A DNA stretch of 64,000 bases from the NCBI GenBank assembly GCA_050949565.1, contig JBMNFY010000017.1:1440001-1504000 (forward strand), read 5' to 3'. Under the pieces are notes generated by a model. The model searched no databases. It worked only from the letters and a program-made list of their open reading frames with translations, and was not told the DNA's origin. Source of the DNA: Kiritimatiellia bacterium. GTDB taxonomy: Bacteria; Verrucomicrobiota; Kiritimatiellia; RFP12; UBA1067. Below, in pieces: positions 60,707-64,000 of this stretch (position 1 is its first letter; every line of letters begins with the position of its first letter). The translations under genes and the position numbers were made by a program.

Positions 60707-62752
60707 ATGTCCGGCAGAATTACAAATCAGGTGATCGAGGAAGTCCGTGCGCGCGTGGATATCGTCGAACTCATCGGCTCGCGCATGACGCTCAAGAAAG
60801 CGGGGAGTTCCTTCAAGGGGTGCTGCCCCTTCCACCGTGAAAAGACGCCCTCGTTCCACGTCAATCCCGTCAAACAGTTCTACCACTGCTTCGGCTGCGG
60901 CGAGAACGGCGATGTCTTTTCCTTCCTCATGAAGCAGGACGGACTGACCTTTCAGGACGCGGTGCGCACGCTGGCCGAGCGCGTGGGCGTGGCGATCACG
61001 GAGGAGGTCGATTACAACGCCAAGGGGCGCGAGATGCTGCTGGCTATCCATGCAGAGCTGACGGCGTTCTACCAGCGTTGCCTCGCCAAAACCCGCGAAG
61101 CAGAAACGGCGCGCAAGTATCTCGCCGACCGCAAGCTCCCCGCAGAGATCATTGAACGCTTCGGCATCGGCTACGCGCCGAGACGGCCGCACAACGCGCT
61201 GCTGAAATGGGCGCAGAAACACAACTACACGCCGGAGCAGCTTGTCGCCGCTGGTGTCCTCTCGCCACCCAACAAACCCGACCGACCGGATGACTACTAC
61301 GACCGCTTCCGTGGCCGCCTGATGTTTCCGATCTGCGACCGGCGCGGCCGCGTGGTGGCCTTCAGTGCGCGCATCCTCGACCCTAAATCGCATCCGGCAA
61401 AGTATGTCAACTCTCCCGAGACCGAGATCTTCACGAAGAGCCATGTGCTGTACGCGCTCGACAAGGCCGCCGCCAAGATCGTCAAGCATCCGCACCGCGA
61501 GGCGATCATCTGCGAAGGCCAGATCGATGTGATCCGCTGCCACGCCTGCGGCTTTGAGACAGCGGTCGCCTCGCAAGGCACCGCCTTCACGCCGGAGCAT
61601 GTCGCACTGCTCAAAAAACATGCCGACAGCGTGGTGCTGGCTTTCGACGGTGACAGTGCGGGGCGCAAAGCCGCGCTGCGCACCGGTGCGCTCTTCCTCG
61701 AAGCGGAGATGCCGGTGCGCGTCGCTTCATTGCCGCCGGGCGAAGATCCCGACTCGCTGTTGCGTGACAAAGGCCCCGCGCACTTCCGCGAGTTGCTGGA
61801 AGACGCGTCCTCCATCACCGCTTTTCAGATTGAGACTCTCTTGCAGGACGAGGAGCGCCCCGACGCCATCGACGCCGTCAACCGCGTCGCACGCGCCGTG
61901 CTGGAGATGCTCGCAACCTGTCCCGGCGCGGTGTTGCGCACCCGCCTGTTGCAAGAGGCGGCTGCGCGCCTACACATGCCCCTCTCAGCACTGGAGGCCG
62001 ATCTCGACAAGCACATCGAGACGTTGCGTCAACGCGCCGCCTATGCGCCGCCTCCACGTACTGCCGCCCCTCTACCCTCCCCAGCAGCAGGTGAGAGCGC
62101 GGAGGCACCGCCCGACGATCAACCGCAGGCGCCTGAACCGCCTTCACGCACCGAGTTTCTGCTGTGTGAGTTTTTGGTGGAACACGAACATGACGCCGAA
62201 GTGTTGGAACTGGTCGAACGGCATCTGCCGCTGGATCTCTTGCCGCATCCCTTCGCGCGTGCGTTGGTAGAGGCGCTCTTGACGCAGTGGCGCAGCGGCG
62301 GCGACCGTCTGGTAGAACTCTGCAAGTCGGTCGATCCGGCTTGGCAGCCGTTGCTCGGAAGGTTGCTGGCCAACAAGAACAAGATGCTGAGCGCACGCGA
62401 GATAACTAAGGACGAAGCGGCGCGTGACCTGATTCGAGCACTCTGGACGATGCGCCTCAAAGAGGTACGCAGCCGGCTCTGCGCCGACAGCTCGCCTGAG
62501 AACGACCGCCCGCGTTTTCACCTTTCGCTGTTGATCAAACAACTGGAGACCGCGCCTTGGGATACTGTCGCGGGTTTCCTCTGCGACGCCACGGCAGTCG
62601 CGCTTACTCCTGGGGCGGAGCGTCTGGATGATCTGCCGCCTTCGGCGACTGCGGCTGCACCTTGCGCACATGCAACGGATAGCGCATCCGCAACTGCTGA
62701 TCCAGCAGAATTTCCACCCAGTGAGTACCCTCCTGACGAAATGCCAGATTGA
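60707..62752 (+). CDS. dnaG: DNA primase
   Basis: CHC2 finger (CPFH.EKTPSF..CFGC), DRFRGRLMFPI, KYVNSPET, EG.IDV, FDGD.AG, DPD. Confidence 0.97.
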   Translation: MSGRITNQVIEEVRARVDIVELIGSRMTLKKAGSSFKGCCPFHREKTPSFHVNPVKQFYHCFGCGENGDVFSFLMKQDGLTFQDAVRTLAERVGVAITEEVDYNAKGREMLLAIHAELTAFYQRCLAKTREAETARKYLADRKLPAEIIERFGIGYAPRRPHNALLKWAQKHNYTPEQLVAAGVLSPPNKPDRPDDYYDRFRGRLMFPICDRRGRVVAFSARILDPKSHPAKYVNSPETEIFTKSHVLYALDKAAAKIVKHPHREAIICEGQIDVIRCHACGFETAVASQGTAFTPEHVALLKKHADSVVLAFDGDSAGRKAALRTGALFLEAEMPVRVASLPPGEDPDSLLRDKGPAHFRELLEDASSITAFQIETLLQDEERPDAIDAVNRVARAVLEMLATCPGAVLRTRLLQEAAARLHMPLSALEADLDKHIETLRQRAAYAPPPRTAAPLPSPAAGESAEAPPDDQPQAPEPPSRTEFLLCEFLVEHEHDAEVLELVERHLPLDLLPHPFARALVEALLTQWRSGGDRLVELCKSVDPAWQPLLGRLLANKNKMLSAREITKDEAARDLIRALWTMRLKEVRSRLCADSSPENDRPRFHLSLLIKQLETAPWDTVAGFLCDATAVALTPGAERLDDLPPSATAAAPCAHATDSASATADPAEFPPSEYPPDEMPD

Positions 62753-63035
62753 TGAAGACCTCGACGGTGGTGGCGACCTGCTGGTCGTTCGTGAGGCGGA
62801 TCGGCACCGGCTGACCCTCGCCCACCACCGTCACGCCGTCCGGTGCCATGATGCGTGACTTCTGGGTAAACTCGCCCGCGCCCGCGCACCAACGGTTCAT
62901 CAAACAGATGCGCGGACAGACCGGCTGATTCACGGCCTGGACCAGGCCATCGAAAATGCCGATCAGCATGAACTTCCCGTTGCGCTCCTGACGCACGTCA
63001 TCACACAACAGACTCGCCTGCAGGTCGGGTATCAT
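62604..63035 (-). CDS. Conserved-looking hypothetical protein (DUF6941-like beta-sandwich)
   Basis: LLCDDVRQE.NGK..LIGIFD pattern; AAGGAG RBS; overlaps the dnaG 3' end in antisense. Confidence 0.7.
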   Translation of the reverse strand: MIPDLQASLLCDDVRQERNGKFMLIGIFDGLVQAVNQPVCPRICLMNRWCAGAGEFTQKSRIMAPDGVTVVGEGQPVPIRLTNDQQVATTVEVFINLAFRQEGTHWVEILLDQQLRMRYPLHVRKVQPQSPKAADHPDAPPQE

Positions 63036-63064
63036 AAACTGTCTCCTTGCATTGGGTGAGAGCG

Positions 63065-64000
63065 CTACTGCAATATCAGCCTGGTTCCGTCGGCATTGAC
63101 CTCCAAAAGCGCGGGGAGGCTGACAACATACCGGGAGCCGCTACCGTAGACCAGTACGGTGTAACTACCCGTGTGGCGACCGCGCACATTGGGGATCTCC
63201 AGCGTCGAGGCGGTCGCTCCGGGGATGATGACGCCGTCCTTGCACCACTGATAGCGGGTGGCGTCGCGGGCCAATACGGCGAAGAACGCCGACGCCTTGA
63301 CATCGACCCGCTGGTCGGTCGGCGAGAGGATGATTGTCGGCAGGGTACCCCAGCCGGGATCCGGTACCGGCTCCATCGGCGCTACGGCGGAGGGCCGGAC
63401 GAAAACATAGAGCGTGCGCGAGGAGTACTCGTTGTAGGCACCTGACCCCGTCCAATCCGGCGCACCGGTCGGCCGGTTGCCGATGCCCAGTTCGATGGCA
63501 CGGTTGTCATTGCCCCAACTGTTCACCGCAAAGAGCGTCTGGCCGAGCCTGTAGTTGTGAACCTGGAATGAACCGCGCCCGAACGCACCGTTGAGGGTGG
63601 CGGCATTGTCGACCGAGTAGTAGAGCGTGTTGGAAGCGTCGACATCGAAGCGCGCGCGCACCGGGATATCGATTGTGTAGAGGTGTTTGAACGCAGCCGC
63701 ATCGGGCACGTTGGCGAGCACCTCGGCGGGGATAGCCGGTGCCTGCGGTTCGGGCTTGATGAAGACCAGCAGGCGGCGCGAATCCCAGTTGGCACCGGAG
63801 TTTGAGTGTGTCCAGTCGGGGGAGCCAGACGGGTTGTTGCCGATGCCGACGCAAACGCTGTCATTGCCGCCGCAATTGCCGAAACGGCTGAGCGCCCAGC
63901 AGGTCTGCCCGGCGCCGTAATTGTGGACTTGCATCGAACCGTACCCGCCGCCGCGCGAAGCGCCGCGGCGGTCGCCGAAATCGAAGGTGCTGTCGGATGC
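63065..64000 (-). CDS. C-terminal part of a large, probably secreted protein (repeated esterase-associated domain + Ig domain); start is outside the window
   Basis: Frame open to the window edge (ASDSTFDFGD...YGSMQVHNY); Ig motif YQW.KDG..IPGAT..TL....G.Y.V; ends GTRLILQ. Confidence 0.78.
   Translation of the reverse strand, partial: ASDSTFDFGDRRGASRGGGYGSMQVHNYGAGQTCWALSRFGNCGGNDSVCVGIGNNPSGSPDWTHSNSGANWDSRRLLVFIKPEPQAPAIPAEVLANVPDAAAFKHLYTIDIPVRARFDVDASNTLYYSVDNAATLNGAFGRGSFQVHNYRLGQTLFAVNSWGNDNRAIELGIGNRPTGAPDWTGSGAYNEYSSRTLYVFVRPSAVAPMEPVPDPGWGTLPTIILSPTDQRVDVKASAFFAVLARDATRYQWCKDGVIIPGATASTLEIPNVRGRHTGSYTVLVYGSGSRYVVSLPALLEVNADGTRLILQ

Overview
GC-rich bacterial chromosome window, most likely from the PVC superphylum (Kiritimatiellota/Verrucomicrobiota-like; inferred from the Amuc_1098-1102-type pilus cluster, the LTD/CotH and passenger-repeat giant proteins and an HzsA-like heme protein). 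It has core genes (coaD start, rsmD, nfuA-like, tig-clpP-clpX, coaE-rho, hom-lysC-cimA, uxaC, dnaG), glycan-use genes (MFS, sialate O-acetylesterase, GH92, GH127, two Gfo/Idh/MocA, a double-lactonase fusion), a secretin/PilM pilus-like operon, two very large secreted proteins and a BsuBI/PstI-type restriction-modification pair. The main unexplained signals are: (1) intergenic DNA built from a shared set of short inverted-repeat modules nested inside each other, including a MITE with a 5-bp target duplication inserted into another repeat, and the R-M operon enclosed by two nested inverted-repeat pairs with no transposase; (2) two recurrent C-terminal signatures on secreted proteins (GTxLxL[R/Q]-stop and a ~70-aa domain ending F[F/Y]R[I/V]) that may be export or sorting signals; (3) a ~200-aa domain I cannot name, shared by the esterase and the protein at the right edge. 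Compensating indels in one gene indicate sequencing errors, so the frameshifts and junctions need read-level checks. No rRNA, tRNA or CRISPR array was recognised. All family assignments come from motif recognition, not database searches.
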